Of a DNA stretch of 23,738 nt, positions 15,514-23,738 are shown one piece after another. Position numbers and translations under genes: made by a program. The stretch comes from Salinigranum sp. (GTDB lineage Archaea > Halobacteriota > Halobacteria > Halobacteriales > Haloferacaceae). Position 1 is the stretch's first letter. Each line of letters begins with the position of its first letter. Below the pieces are notes generated by a model, which was given only the letters and a program-made list of their open reading frames with translations, did not search any database and was not told where the DNA came from. The stretch lies in contig JBEPXT010000041.1 of assembly GCA_041641795.1 (NCBI GenBank), positions 1 to 23,738 on the forward strand, given 5' to 3'.

Positions 15514-18033
15514 TCAGTCGGCTTTGGCCTGCCAGTCGCGGACCGCGGCGGCGCTGATGCCCTCGACTTTCTCGGCGAGTTCGTCGGGGTCGGCGCGCTT
15601 GAGAGCGCCGACGTCGTCGATTTCCGCGTCTTTCAGTTTCTCGGCGGTCTTCTCGCCGATGCCGTTGATGGTTTCGAGAGACGCGCTCTCCTGGCGGGCC
15701 TGGTACTCCTGGAAGTTGCAGATGGGACAGCCCAGTTCCCACGGGTCGCGGTCCTCGTCGTCGTAGGTGACCCGGAGTTCGGGCAGGTCGTGCTCCTCGC
15801 AGACGCCGTCGGTCACCTCGATGTCCCCTCGGCGGGGGAGCGGGAGCGAGTACTCGCAGTCCGGGTACCGCGTACAGCCGACGAGCCGGGACCCTGAGCG
15901 GAGTCGCTTGATAGCGAGTTCGCCGCCGTGTTCCTCGCCGCAGTCCGGGCACGCGCCGATGACCAGGTCGTCCTCCGCCTCGGCCTCGTCGGCCTTGCAC
16001 TGGGGACACCCGTGGACGAACGTCTTTCGCCCGGCCAGCATCTTCACCTCGCGGAGGCCGTGTTCCTCGCAGGTCTCCTCCAGGATGAGGGGCTTCCCCG
16101 TCGAGGGGAGCGGCAGGGTGTACGTGCAGTCGGGGTAGCCGTCACAGCCCACGAAGTACGAGCCGTGGCGGCTCTTCCGGACCAGGAGGTCCTCGCCGCA
16201 CTCCGGGCAGGGGCCGAGGGTCTTGTCGGCCTTCAGCGACTCCTGGAGCTGGTCGCCCAGTTCCTCGCGGGAGTCCATCAGGCGGTCGAACACCTCGCGG
16301 AGCATCTCCCGGGACTCGGCGGTCACGTCGTCCAGCGTGGCCTCGCCGCGGGCGATGGCGACCATGTCCGATTCGAGTTGCGCGGTCATCTCCTCGCTGA
16401 CGATGCGGTCCGCGAACTCCTCGGAGGCTTCCACGACGGCGCGTGCCAGCCGCGTCGGCCGCGGCGGGTCGTTCTCGATGTACCCGCGGTCGTAGAGCTT
16501 CTGGATGACGTCGTGCCTGGTCGCCTTCGTCCCGATTCCCATCTGCTCCATCGTCTCGATGAGCCGGGACTGCCCGTAGCGACGCGGCGGCTGGGTCTGC
16601 TTGTCCTCGAGGCGGACGTCGGAGACGGCGAGGGCCTCGCCCTCCTCGACGTCCGGGACGACGTTCTCGCTCGCGTTGAAGTACGGGTAGACGGCGTGGT
16701 AGCCGGGTTCGAGGAGGCGCTTGCCGTTAGCCTTCAGCGAGAGTGCGTCGTCCGCGTCGACGACGGCCACCACCCGGAGGTGCTCCCACGTCGCCGGGTC
16801 GGCCACCGTCGCGAAGAAGCGGCGGACGACCAGTTCGTAGACCTCCCACTCGTCGTCCGAGAGGTCGCTCGGCGACGGGAGCTCGCCGGTTGGGTGAATC
16901 GGGGGGTGGTCGGTCGTCTCGTTGTCCCCCTCGGTCGGGTCGATGGACTCGGCCGCCAGCAGCGACTCGGCGTCGTCGCCGAAGCGCCGGCTTCCGACGA
17001 ACTCCGAGAGGAGTTCGCGGGGGTCCAGGTCCTCCGGGTACACCGTGTTGTCCGTCCGCGGGTAGGTGACGTACCCGGCCGTGTAGAGGTCCTCGGCGAT
17101 GCTCATGGCCCGCTGGGCCGAGTACCCGAGGCTCCCGGCCGCGCGGATGAACTGCGTCGTGTTGAACGGGGCGGGCGGCGAGTCGGTCCTGACGCGGCGG
17201 GAGACGGAGTCGACCTGCGCGCCGGCGGCCGCCGACAGCGTCTCGTAGGCCGCGTCGGCGGCGTCCTCGTCCCAGATGCGTTCTGCCTCGTTGTCGTCCT
17301 CGTCGAGGTAGAAGTACTGGGCCTCGAAGGAGTCGCCGTTCCCGCTCTTCGAGAGGTCGGCGAACAGTTCCCAGTAGTCCTCGGGGTCGAACGCCTCGAT
17401 TTCGCGCTCTCGGTCCACGATGAGTTTGAGCGTCGGGCCCTGCACCCGGCCGACGCTGATGAAGTCGTTACCCAGTTGGCGGGCCGACAGCGAGAGGAAC
17501 CGCGTCAGCGCGGCCCCCCATACCAGGTCGATTATCTGCCGGGCCTCGCCGGCGGCCGCCAGGTCGAAGTCGAGTTCGTCCGGGCTCTCGAAGGCCTCGG
17601 TCACCTCCCGGTCGGTAATCGACGAGAAGCGAACGCGGTCGACGGGCGCGTCCTCGTTGACCTCTCTGACGAGTTCGTAGGCCTCCTTGCCGATGAGTTC
17701 GCCCTCCCGGTCGTAGTCGGTCGCGATGACGACGCGCCGGGCCCGGCGGGCGAGTCGCCGCAGGGCCGAGACGATGTTCTCCTGGGTCGGGTGCTTGTCG
17801 ATTGGCGCGTCGATGAGTTCGACCGGTTCGACGTCCCGCCAGTCGTTGTACTCCGGCGGGAAGTCAACGCCGACGACGTGCCCCGACAGCCCGATACAGC
17901 GCTTTCCCCCCCACTTGTAGACGTTCACGCCGTTCATCCGCTCTGCCTCGGCGGACCCGCCGCTGAGAATGTCCGCGATGCGCCGGGCGGCGTTGTCTTT
18001 CTCGGTGATGATTAACTCGGGACCGCTGCTCAT
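15514..18033 (-). CDS. topA: DNA topoisomerase I (type IA) with C-terminal C4 zinc ribbons and an HhH tail
   Basis: The 839-aa product from the ATG at 18031-18033 ([20 protein letters not shown]...) has the Toprim domain, the DxD/E acidic cluster (ATDYDREGE), the active-site Tyr region (YVTYPRTDN) and four CxxC...CxxC Zn ribbons. It ends with [10 protein letters not shown]...[11 protein letters not shown] (HhH). The track ORF 15514-18261 includes a non-coding 76-codon 5' extension. Confidence 0.95.
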   Translation of the reverse strand: MSSGPELIITEKDNAARRIADILSGGSAEAERMNGVNVYKWGGKRCIGLSGHVVGVDFPPEYNDWRDVEPVELIDAPIDKHPTQENIVSALRRLARRARRVVIATDYDREGELIGKEAYELVREVNEDAPVDRVRFSSITDREVTEAFESPDELDFDLAAAGEARQIIDLVWGAALTRFLSLSARQLGNDFISVGRVQGPTLKLIVDREREIEAFDPEDYWELFADLSKSGNGDSFEAQYFYLDEDDNEAERIWDEDAADAAYETLSAAAGAQVDSVSRRVRTDSPPAPFNTTQFIRAAGSLGYSAQRAMSIAEDLYTAGYVTYPRTDNTVYPEDLDPRELLSEFVGSRRFGDDAESLLAAESIDPTEGDNETTDHPPIHPTGELPSPSDLSDDEWEVYELVVRRFFATVADPATWEHLRVVAVVDADDALSLKANGKRLLEPGYHAVYPYFNASENVVPDVEEGEALAVSDVRLEDKQTQPPRRYGQSRLIETMEQMGIGTKATRHDVIQKLYDRGYIENDPPRPTRLARAVVEASEEFADRIVSEEMTAQLESDMVAIARGEATLDDVTAESREMLREVFDRLMDSREELGDQLQESLKADKTLGPCPECGEDLLVRKSRHGSYFVGCDGYPDCTYTLPLPSTGKPLILEETCEEHGLREVKMLAGRKTFVHGCPQCKADEAEAEDDLVIGACPDCGEEHGGELAIKRLRSGSRLVGCTRYPDCEYSLPLPRRGDIEVTDGVCEEHDLPELRVTYDDEDRDPWELGCPICNFQEYQARQESASLETINGIGEKTAEKLKDAEIDDVGALKRADPDELAEKVEGISAAAVRDWQAKAD

Positions 18034-18291
18034 CGGTCCCTGCTTGGCAAAGCGACGGCCTAAACCTTTCGCGCTGTCGCGCGCGAATCCGGTGGACTGG
18101 ACGGGGGCGTGACCCGTTTCGCGTGCGAACAACTGTCGAGACGGCCGGAGACGGTGCGGCGTCGGTTGCGGTCGACACTGAGTGCGGTTCCCGAACCGGA
18201 CACCGTCTCGACTACTCGGTGGAGAGTGAATGTCCCACATTATGACAAATGCCCGAAACAATCATTAGTCGGGTAGACGCAATGTTCACTT

Positions 18292-18468
18292 ATGTCTCAC
18301 ATACCCGAGACACCTGAACTGTACGCGTGTACGAGTTGTCAGGCACTCTTCGCCGGGACGGTCCACGGAGAGATGGGCGACCACTCGTTCTCGGCACCCG
18401 CGGAGTGTTCGGCCTGCGGGTCGACGGACCTCGTGGAACTCGAGGACTACGTCCACGAGGTGCGGTAA
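18292..18468 (+). CDS. Small (58 aa) zinc-ribbon protein (CxxC-x35-CxxC), not in the supplied ORF track
   Basis: The product from ATG 18292 to TAA 18466-18468 is MSHIPETPELYACTSCQALFAGTVHGEMGDHSFSAPAECSACGSTDLVELEDYVHEVR. Codon usage is good and the protein is acidic. An AT-rich region (cattatgacaaatg...caatcattag) lies upstream. It is divergent from topA. Confidence 0.5.
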   Translation: MSHIPETPELYACTSCQALFAGTVHGEMGDHSFSAPAECSACGSTDLVELEDYVHEVR

Positions 18469-18523
18469 GTCCGCACCGCATCGACCGACCGACTGCGGCG
18501 GGTGACGGCCGGGAGGCGACCCC

Positions 18524-18532
18524 CATATTTTT
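18524..18532 (+). promoter_or_regulatory. TATA-like box (CATATTTTT) 25-33 bp upstream of the ATG at 18557 (leaderless)
   Basis: Seen directly in the sequence. It supports the + strand ORF 18557-19225. Confidence 0.35.
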
Positions 18533-18556
18533 CGTATCCGCGCCGGGAGACCCGGT

Positions 18557-19225
18557 ATGGTCCCCTGGCGACAGACGAGTCTCGTAGCGCTGGGACTCCT
18601 CCTCGTAACGGTTCCCCTCACCGCGCCACCCCTGGACGTGACCGGTCACGATTACGAGTACCGCGCCGTCCAGGTGCGGGTCGACGACGACCGACTGGTC
18701 CTCGCGGGAGACGCGGCACGCCTCCGGGGCGTTGCGGGCATGGACTGCTTTCACGAACTGGTCGTCACCCGCCGGTGTGCGCTGGAAGCGTCGCTGCTCG
18801 ACGGACGAACGCGCGCCGACCACCCGGCCGTCCTGCGACTGACGGGCGACCCGACTCTCGATGCCGAGTCGCGGTACGTCGCCTTCGCCGGGGACGGCCG
18901 CGTCTTCGAGCGAACCACCGAGTGGGAGAACGGGTCGTACGTCCTGAGTCTCGACCGCGTCTCTGCGACCCGGGCGCTCGAAGACGTGAGCAGGCCGGTC
19001 GAGACCCAACCGCTGCCCGTCCGTCGGACGGTGGAGACGGGGGGTGCCCGGGCGGCAGAGCGACTCGAACCGCGGAGTCGCCTCGTCGAGTCCAGCGGGC
19101 GCTACTACGTGGTCTACGAGGCGGGGCTCCGCTCGGACCTGGTCGAGAAACCGTTCACCGAGCGCGTATTCGAGGGAGCGGCCGTCGTCGCAGGCGTTCT
19201 CGTGCTCCGGCGGGCGTGGACCTGA
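18557..19225 (+). CDS. Hypothetical membrane-associated protein (N-terminal signal/TM segment and C-terminal TM segment)
   Basis: The 222-aa product is slightly acidic with GC3-biased codons. It starts MVPWRQTSLVALGLLLVTVPLTAPP and ends ...GAAVVAGVLVLRRAWT. It is preferred over the overlapping minus-strand ORF 18290-19234, whose product is Arg/Pro/Gly-rich and basic, like an antisense artifact. Confidence 0.45.
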   Translation: MVPWRQTSLVALGLLLVTVPLTAPPLDVTGHDYEYRAVQVRVDDDRLVLAGDAARLRGVAGMDCFHELVVTRRCALEASLLDGRTRADHPAVLRLTGDPTLDAESRYVAFAGDGRVFERTTEWENGSYVLSLDRVSATRALEDVSRPVETQPLPVRRTVETGGARAAERLEPRSRLVESSGRYYVVYEAGLRSDLVEKPFTERVFEGAAVVAGVLVLRRAWT

Positions 19226-19304
19226 CGACGCCACGTTCGGGGCCGGAAGACGGCGCGCCCGGAGCTGAAGAGAACGGCCGCGACACGGTCGATTCGACGC
19301 CCCT

Positions 19305-19383
19305 GGACTCGAAGAGCGGGTTGAGGGTTTTCCGTGGACTCGAAGAGCGGGTTGAGGGTTTTCCGTGGACTCGAATGGCGGGT
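19305..19383. repeat. Perfect 31-bp tandem repeat x2 plus a 17-bp partial third copy at the convergent gene junction, ending 8 bp from the gatB stop codon
   Basis: The unit ggactcgaagagcgggttgagggttttccgt occupies 19305-19335 and 19336-19366. The partial copy ggactcgaatggcgggt is at 19367-19383. Confidence 0.8.
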
Positions 19384-19390
19384 CCGCGAC

Positions 19391-20881
19391 CTACTTCTCG
19401 AGTTCCGCCCGGAGCAACTGGTTGACGCTCCCCGGGTCGGCGCTCCCGCCGGTCTTCTGCATCACCTGGCCGACCAGGAAGTTGATTGCCCCGTCCTCGC
19501 CGGCGTGGTAGTCCTCGACGGCGTCGGGGTTCTCGTCGATGGCGGCGGCGACGGCCTGGGCCACCTCGTCGTCCGACGTCTTGCCCAGCCCCTCGGACTC
19601 GACGACGCTGTCGGGGTCGGCGCCCTCGTCGAGCATCGTCCTGAGGACCACCTCCTCGGCGTTCTTGACCGTGATTTCGTCGGTGGCCACGAGTTCCACG
19701 AGGCGCGTGAACTCGTCGAGTCTGTCCTCGACGTCGGTTATCTGCATGTCGCGGTAGTTGAGTTCGCCCAGCAGGTTGTCGGCGACCCAGGTGGCCGCCA
19801 GGTCGGCGTCGAACTCGTCGGCGACGTCCTCGAAGAAGTCGGCCACCTCCTTGGTCGACGTGAGCTTCGAGGCCGACTCCGCGTCGAGTCCGTACTCCTC
19901 GCGGAAGCGCTCGCGCCGGGCGTCGGGGAGTTCCGGTATCGGAATCCGCTCCTTCCAGTCGGCCACCTGGAGGGGCGGGAGGTCCGCCTCGCGGAAGTAG
20001 CGGTAGTCCTTCTCTTCTTCCTTCGAGCGCATGGAGACGGTGATGCCCCGCGACTCGTCCCAGTGGCGCGTCTCCTGTTCGACGGCGCGCCCGCGCTGGA
20101 TAGCGTTCTTCTGGCGCGTCACCTCGTAGGCCAGGGCCTTCTCCGCGCCCTTGTGGCTGGAGATGTTCTTGACCTCGGTCCGGTTGGCCGACGCCAGCGC
20201 CTCGTCGCTGATGCGGCCGTCGTCGTCCACCTCATCGGCCGGGACGAGCGAGATGTTGGCGTCGACCCGGAGCGACCCGTCGCGGGTGGAGTCGAAGATG
20301 GCCAGGTACTCGAGGACCTCCTCCAGTTTGGCCAGGAACCGGCGGACTTCGGCCGGACTGCGGAAGTCGGGTTCGGTGACGACTTCCATCAGCGGCGTGC
20401 CCGCGCGGTTGTAGTTCACCAGCGTGTAGTCCGCGGTGTCGATGCTGCCGCCCTTGTGGAGCAGACTCCCCGGGTCCTCTTCGAGGTGGGCGCGCCGGAC
20501 GTCGATGGTTCGGCGGCGGCCCTCGATTTCGACCTCCAGATGGCCGTCCTGGCAGATAGGGGCCTCGTACTGGGTTATCTGGAAGTTCTTGGGCAGGTCG
20601 GGGTAGTAGTAGTTCTTCCGGTGGAACGCCGTCTCCTCCGGGATGGTGGCGTCGAGCGCCTTCCCGACTTTCACCGCCGCCTCGACGGCGGCTTCGTTGA
20701 GGACGGGCAGCGCGCCGGGCAGACCGAGGCAGACCGGACAGGTCCGGCTGTTCGGTTCCTCGTCGGCCACCGCGTCGGTCGAGCACCCGCAGAAAATCTT
20801 GGTGTCCGTCTCGAGCTGGACGTGCACCTCGAGCCCGATGACGGTCGCGAGGTCGCGCTGTTCGAGCGCCTGAGCAGTCAT
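19391..20881 (-). CDS. gatB: Aspartyl/glutamyl-tRNA(Asn/Gln) amidotransferase subunit B
   Basis: The 496-aa product has VIGLEVHVQL, the Zn-binding C.C......C.VC cluster, the NRAG/VTEPD motif, the helical domain and the C-terminal YqeY-like domain (...DYHAGEDGAINFLVGQVMQKTGGSADPGSVNQLLRAEL). Confidence 0.95.
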   Translation of the reverse strand: MTAQALEQRDLATVIGLEVHVQLETDTKIFCGCSTDAVADEEPNSRTCPVCLGLPGALPVLNEAAVEAAVKVGKALDATIPEETAFHRKNYYYPDLPKNFQITQYEAPICQDGHLEVEIEGRRRTIDVRRAHLEEDPGSLLHKGGSIDTADYTLVNYNRAGTPLMEVVTEPDFRSPAEVRRFLAKLEEVLEYLAIFDSTRDGSLRVDANISLVPADEVDDDGRISDEALASANRTEVKNISSHKGAEKALAYEVTRQKNAIQRGRAVEQETRHWDESRGITVSMRSKEEEKDYRYFREADLPPLQVADWKERIPIPELPDARRERFREEYGLDAESASKLTSTKEVADFFEDVADEFDADLAATWVADNLLGELNYRDMQITDVEDRLDEFTRLVELVATDEITVKNAEEVVLRTMLDEGADPDSVVESEGLGKTSDDEVAQAVAAAIDENPDAVEDYHAGEDGAINFLVGQVMQKTGGSADPGSVNQLLRAELEK

Positions 20882-20983
20882 TAGCCGGGTTTTGACGCCA
20901 GACGGCTAAAGACTAACGGGACCGGCCGGGACGCCCGTGACCGTCTCGGCTCGGACGTAATCGTGACGCGAGTGAGCGACAGA

Positions 20984-21023
20984 AAAATGTGGTTAGTTGA
21001 GCGGTCGACGCGAGCGTCGACGC
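20984..21023 (-). terminator. Putative terminator downstream of the DUF2892 gene: near-perfect inverted repeat gtcgacgcg-ag-cgtcgac (21006-21023) followed on the minus strand by a T5 tract (20984-20988)
   Basis: Both the palindrome and the oligo-T tract were seen directly. Archaeal termination uses oligo-T tracts. Confidence 0.3.
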
Positions 21024-21042
21024 AGGCGGTTCGAACGTCGTT

Positions 21043-21324
21043 TCAGGCGGATTTGCCTGTCGACGTGGTCTCCTCGTTCTCGACCGGTTCGTCGCCGCCC
21101 CGGTACGTGTTGAGGCCGACGAGGTAGTTGAGCGGACACGTCTGCGCGTATCCGGTGACGAGCAGGACCGCACCGACGACAATCACGACGACGGCGACGG
21201 CGAGTCCGAGCGGTCCGGCCGCGATGACGAACAGGCCAGCGAGGGCCGCGAGTCCCAGGGCCACGAGAATCGGGCCCACGACGAATCGAATCAGGCGGTC
21301 GTACCCGCCAACGTTTTTCTCCAT
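21043..21324 (-). CDS. DUF2892 (YgaP-like) small inner-membrane protein
   Basis: The product MEKNVGGYDRLIRFVVGPILVALGLAALAG...VGAVLLVTGYAQTCPLNYLVGLNT matches the DUF2892 pattern (NVGxxDRxxR...G..CPLY..LG.NT). The start is taken at the internal ATG 21322-21324 rather than the 18-codon extension in the track. Confidence 0.7.
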   Translation of the reverse strand: MEKNVGGYDRLIRFVVGPILVALGLAALAGLFVIAAGPLGLAVAVVVIVVGAVLLVTGYAQTCPLNYLVGLNTYRGGDEPVENEETTSTGKSA

Positions 21325-21460
21325 GTTGTGAATCACCCGACACGTATTGTGCCTCAGAGGTAATAACCCGATTCCCAAATCTGGCCCGAATGGAGCGTCA
21401 GCCGTCGGAGATTGTGTTCAACCGAAGGAAGTAGTGAGGACGTTACAGTCGCTGGAACCG

Positions 21461-21500
21461 ACGTGTCAAACGTATCAGATTAAATCTACGTGTCTGACGT
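21461..21500 (+). promoter_or_regulatory. Direct repeat of a 13-bp motif ACGTGTCnnnACGT (acgtgtcaaacgt at 21461-21473 and acgtgtctgacgt at 21488-21500), the second copy abutting the TATA box of the coiled-coil/smc transcription unit; candidate regulator-binding site
   Basis: 11 of 13 bases are identical and the copies are spaced 27 bp apart. The repeat lies in the 149-bp divergent region. Confidence 0.35.
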
Positions 21501-21503
21501 AAG

Positions 21504-21510
21504 TTTATAC
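21504..21510 (+). promoter_or_regulatory. TATA box (TTTATAC) about 27 bp upstream of the ATG at 21534; leaderless promoter for the coiled-coil gene and probably smc
   Basis: The sequence aagtttatac was seen directly. Given the spacing, ATG 21534 (MSNRVEEL) may be the true start rather than 21528. Confidence 0.4.
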
Positions 21511-21527
21511 GCCCAGAGACTGGCTGT

Positions 21528-21866
21528 ATGCGCATGAGCAACCGGGTGGAGGAACTCGAATCGAAGGTCGCAGAACTTCAGGCCGCTGTCAACGGACTGA
21601 CCGAAGAACTGGTCGAAACGAAAGAACGCGTTCGACAGCTCGAAGACGAGGTGAGCGTCGAAGTCGCGAAGCCCGACCCGGCCCCGGAGCCCGTCGAGAG
21701 CACGGGTGACGTCGGTGCCGAAGTCGTCTCCTCCGGCGGCGAGCGTGCGACCGAGACGGACGACGAGTCCGCGAAAGACGAAGGGGCTAAGCCCGAGGAC
21801 GTCGAGGACGCAGTTGCAGAGGGCGAGTCGGAGCTCGAAGAAGACAGCGACATCATCGTCGCCTGA
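21528..21866 (+). CDS. Small acidic coiled-coil protein (N-terminal ~45-aa heptad-repeat helix plus a disordered Asp/Glu-rich tail), immediately upstream of smc
   Basis: The product is M(RM)SNRVEELESKVAELQAAVNGLTEELVETKERVRQLEDEV followed by an acidic low-complexity tail. It ends 30 bp before the smc ATG, in the same frame and on the same strand. The alternative start is at 21534. Confidence 0.55.
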   Translation: MRMSNRVEELESKVAELQAAVNGLTEELVETKERVRQLEDEVSVEVAKPDPAPEPVESTGDVGAEVVSSGGERATETDDESAKDEGAKPEDVEDAVAEGESELEEDSDIIVA

Positions 21867-21896
21867 GCTCGCGGCTGGTCCCACCGCGAGCAACCC

Positions 21897-23738
21897 ATGC
21901 ACATCAAAGAGCTCGTACTAGACGATTTCAAGAGCTTCGGGCGTACGACCCGAATCCCGTTCTACGAAGACTTCACGGTAGTGACCGGCCCGAACGGGTC
22001 GGGAAAATCGAACATCATCGACGGCGTGCTGTTCGCGCTGGGGCTGGCGCGGACGCGGGGCATCCGGGCCGAGAAGCTGACCGACCTCATCTACAATCCC
22101 GGCCACGACGGCGAGGAGTCGACCGGCGGCCCGAAGGAGGCGAGCGTCACCGTCGTCCTCGACAACTCCGAGGAGACGCTCGACCGGACGCAGGTGGTCA
22201 ACGCCGCCGGGTCCGACAAGGTCGGCGACGTCGACGAGATACGCGTCAAGCGCCGGGTCAAGGAGACGGAGGACAACTACTACTCCTACTACTACCTCAA
22301 CGGACGTTCGGTCAACCTCTCGGACATCCGTGACCTGCTCTCACAGGCCGGAGTCACCCCGGAGGGATACAACGTCGTCATGCAGGGCGACGTGACCGAG
22401 ATAATCAACATGACGGCCTACCAGCGCCGGCAGATCATCGACGAGATTGCCGGCGTCGCGGAGTTCGACGCCAAGAAGGAGGACGCCTTCGAGGAGCTCG
22501 AGGCGGTGAAGGACCGCATCGAGGAGGCGAACCTCCGCATCGAGGAGAAGGAGGCGCGACTCGACCAGCTGGCCGACGAGCGCGAGACCGCCCTTGAGTA
22601 CAAGTCGCTCAAGGAGGAGAAGGCGGAGTACGAGGGGTACCTCAAGGCGGCCGAACTCGAGGACAAGCGCGCCGAGCGCTCCGAGACCGAGTCGAAGCTC
22701 GGGACGGTCCGGGAGCGACTCGACGACCGGCGGCAGACCCTCGACGAGCGACAGGGCCGCGTCACGCGGCTGAAAGACGAACTCACGGAGCTGAACCGCG
22801 AGATAGAGCGCAAAGGCGAGGACGAGCAGCTCCGCATCAAGAGCGAGATAGAGGAGATAAAAGGCGAGATAAGCCGCCTCGAGAACGAGATAGAGAACGC
22901 CGAGGAGAAAATCGAGTCGGCCGAGAACGAGCGCCGGAAGGCGTTCGTCGAACTCGACCGGAAGAACGAGCGCATCGAGGACCTCGAGGACGAGATACGC
23001 GAAATAAAGGTCGAGAAGGCGTCGGTCAAGAGCGACATCCAGTCGAAGGAGACGGAACTCGCCGAGGTGGAGGCCGAAATCGAGAGCGTGGACACCGAGT
23101 TCGACGAACTCAAGAGCGAACTCGCCGCGAAGAAAGAGCGCCTCGAAGAGCTGAAAACCGAGAAGAACGACCTCCAGCGGGAGAAAGACCGCCTGCTGGA
23201 CGACGCCAGGCGCCGGTCCAACCAGGTGAGCGAGGCCCGGGACGAACTGCAGGCGACCCGCGAGCGCATACCCGAACTGAAAGCTGACCTCTCGGACCTC
23301 CACAGCGAACTGGACAAGGCCGAGAAGAACGAGTCGAAGATCGCCGCGGTCGTCGACGAGTTGCGAGAGGAGAAAAACTCGCTGCAGAACCGCCTCTCGA
23401 CGGTCAAAGAGGACCTGCAGGCGAAACAGTCCGAGTACGCCGAACTGGAGGCGCGGGCGAACCAGAACGGCGACTCCTCCTGGCCGCGGGCGGTGACGAC
23501 GATTCGCAACGCGGACATCCCGGGCGTCCACGACGCCGTCGGTCAACTCGGGAGCGTCCCCGGGGAGTACGCCACCGCCTGCGAGACGGCGGCGGGAGGC
23601 CGCCTCGCCAACGTCGTGGTCGACGACGACGGCGTCGGGGCAGACTGCATCGACTACCTGAAGCGCCGAAACGCCGGGCGGGCGACGTTCCTCCCGCTGA
23701 CGGAGATGGACGACAGGGGCCTCCCGAGCGCCCCCTCG
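21897..23738 (+). CDS. smc: Chromosome segregation protein SMC, N-terminal ~614 aa; the gene continues past the window end
   Basis: The product starts MHIKELVLDDFKSFGRTTRIPFYEDFTVVTGPNGSGKSNIIDGVLFALG, with Walker A. A long coiled-coil arm follows (LEE/KE-rich). The start of the hinge region reads ...GVHDAVGQLGSVPGEYATACETAAGGRLANVVVDDD. The frame is still open at 23738. Confidence 0.95.
   Translation, partial: MHIKELVLDDFKSFGRTTRIPFYEDFTVVTGPNGSGKSNIIDGVLFALGLARTRGIRAEKLTDLIYNPGHDGEESTGGPKEASVTVVLDNSEETLDRTQVVNAAGSDKVGDVDEIRVKRRVKETEDNYYSYYYLNGRSVNLSDIRDLLSQAGVTPEGYNVVMQGDVTEIINMTAYQRRQIIDEIAGVAEFDAKKEDAFEELEAVKDRIEEANLRIEEKEARLDQLADERETALEYKSLKEEKAEYEGYLKAAELEDKRAERSETESKLGTVRERLDDRRQTLDERQGRVTRLKDELTELNREIERKGEDEQLRIKSEIEEIKGEISRLENEIENAEEKIESAENERRKAFVELDRKNERIEDLEDEIREIKVEKASVKSDIQSKETELAEVEAEIESVDTEFDELKSELAAKKERLEELKTEKNDLQREKDRLLDDARRRSNQVSEARDELQATRERIPELKADLSDLHSELDKAEKNESKIAAVVDELREEKNSLQNRLSTVKEDLQAKQSEYAELEARANQNGDSSWPRAVTTIRNADIPGVHDAVGQLGSVPGEYATACETAAGGRLANVVVDDDGVGADCIDYLKRRNAGRATFLPLTEMDDRGLPSAPS

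Noticed and set aside
15374-16009. 5' extension of the GGGPS ORF (track ORF 14651-16009)
   Set aside because: The extension is Arg-rich junk and overlaps the topA C-terminus. The conserved GGGPS N-terminus ([18 protein letters not shown]) starts at the ATG at 15373.
15928-18015. 695-aa + strand ORF
   Set aside because: It is antisense to topA, and the product is Arg/Val/Gly-rich.
18034-18261. 76-codon 5' extension of the topA ORF
   Set aside because: The extension has no homology and contains AT-rich promoter-like sequence. The Toprim N-terminus ([13 protein letters not shown]) begins at the ATG at 18033.
18290-19234. 314-aa minus-strand ORF
   Set aside because: The product is basic and Arg/Pro-rich, and the ORF overlaps the zinc-ribbon ORF. 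The + strand ORF 18557-19225 is acidic, has terminal hydrophobic segments, and has its own TATA box.
19305-19383. Possibility that the 31-bp repeats (or the 40-bp repeats at 10003-10090) are a CRISPR array
   Set aside because: The copies are directly tandem with no intervening spacers, there are at most 2.5 copies, and no cas genes are present in the window.
19334-20884. 516-aa + strand ORF starting inside the 31-bp repeat
   Set aside because: It is antisense to gatB and its composition is Val/Gly/Arg-rich.
22341-23546. Two long minus-strand ORFs antisense to smc
   Set aside because: The coiled-coil-encoding DNA is repetitive and open in several frames. The products are Leu/Arg or Ser-rich low-complexity sequence.

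Overview
This is a GC-rich window (about two thirds G+C) with predicted proteins that are mostly acidic, which is typical of a haloarchaeal (class Halobacteria) chromosome. Almost all of it is housekeeping: tfb (5' end cut by the window edge), a YjjX/DUF84-type ITP/XTP pyrophosphatase, an AglD-like GT2 glycosyltransferase fused to a flippase-like membrane domain, pyruvate kinase with a C-terminal PEP-utilizer domain, metG, GGGP synthase, topA, gatB and the 5' half of smc. The least ordinary part is a co-oriented minus-strand block at 3955-9926. It runs secreted heavily N-sequon-decorated surface protein, then a membrane protein with a restriction-endonuclease-like cytoplasmic domain and an extracellular DUF4352 domain, then NfeD, then an SPFH/stomatin-family protein, then a double-wHTH regulator. 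A GGAGGTGA Shine-Dalgarno sequence sits at the first internal junction. Other points worth a second look are two unrelated short tandem repeats in intergenic DNA (about 40 bp x2.5 at 10003-10090 and 31 bp x2.5 at 19305-19383), an unlisted 58-aa zinc-ribbon ORF divergent from topA, and a small coiled-coil gene directly upstream of and in frame with smc whose promoter carries an ACGTGTCnnnACGT direct repeat. Most genes have a TATA-like box 22-35 bp upstream of the ATG, which implies leaderless mRNAs. I saw no transposase, CRISPR array, rRNA or convincing tRNA. Most long Arg/Pro/Gly-rich ORFs in the six-frame track are antisense or wrong-frame artifacts of the high GC content.
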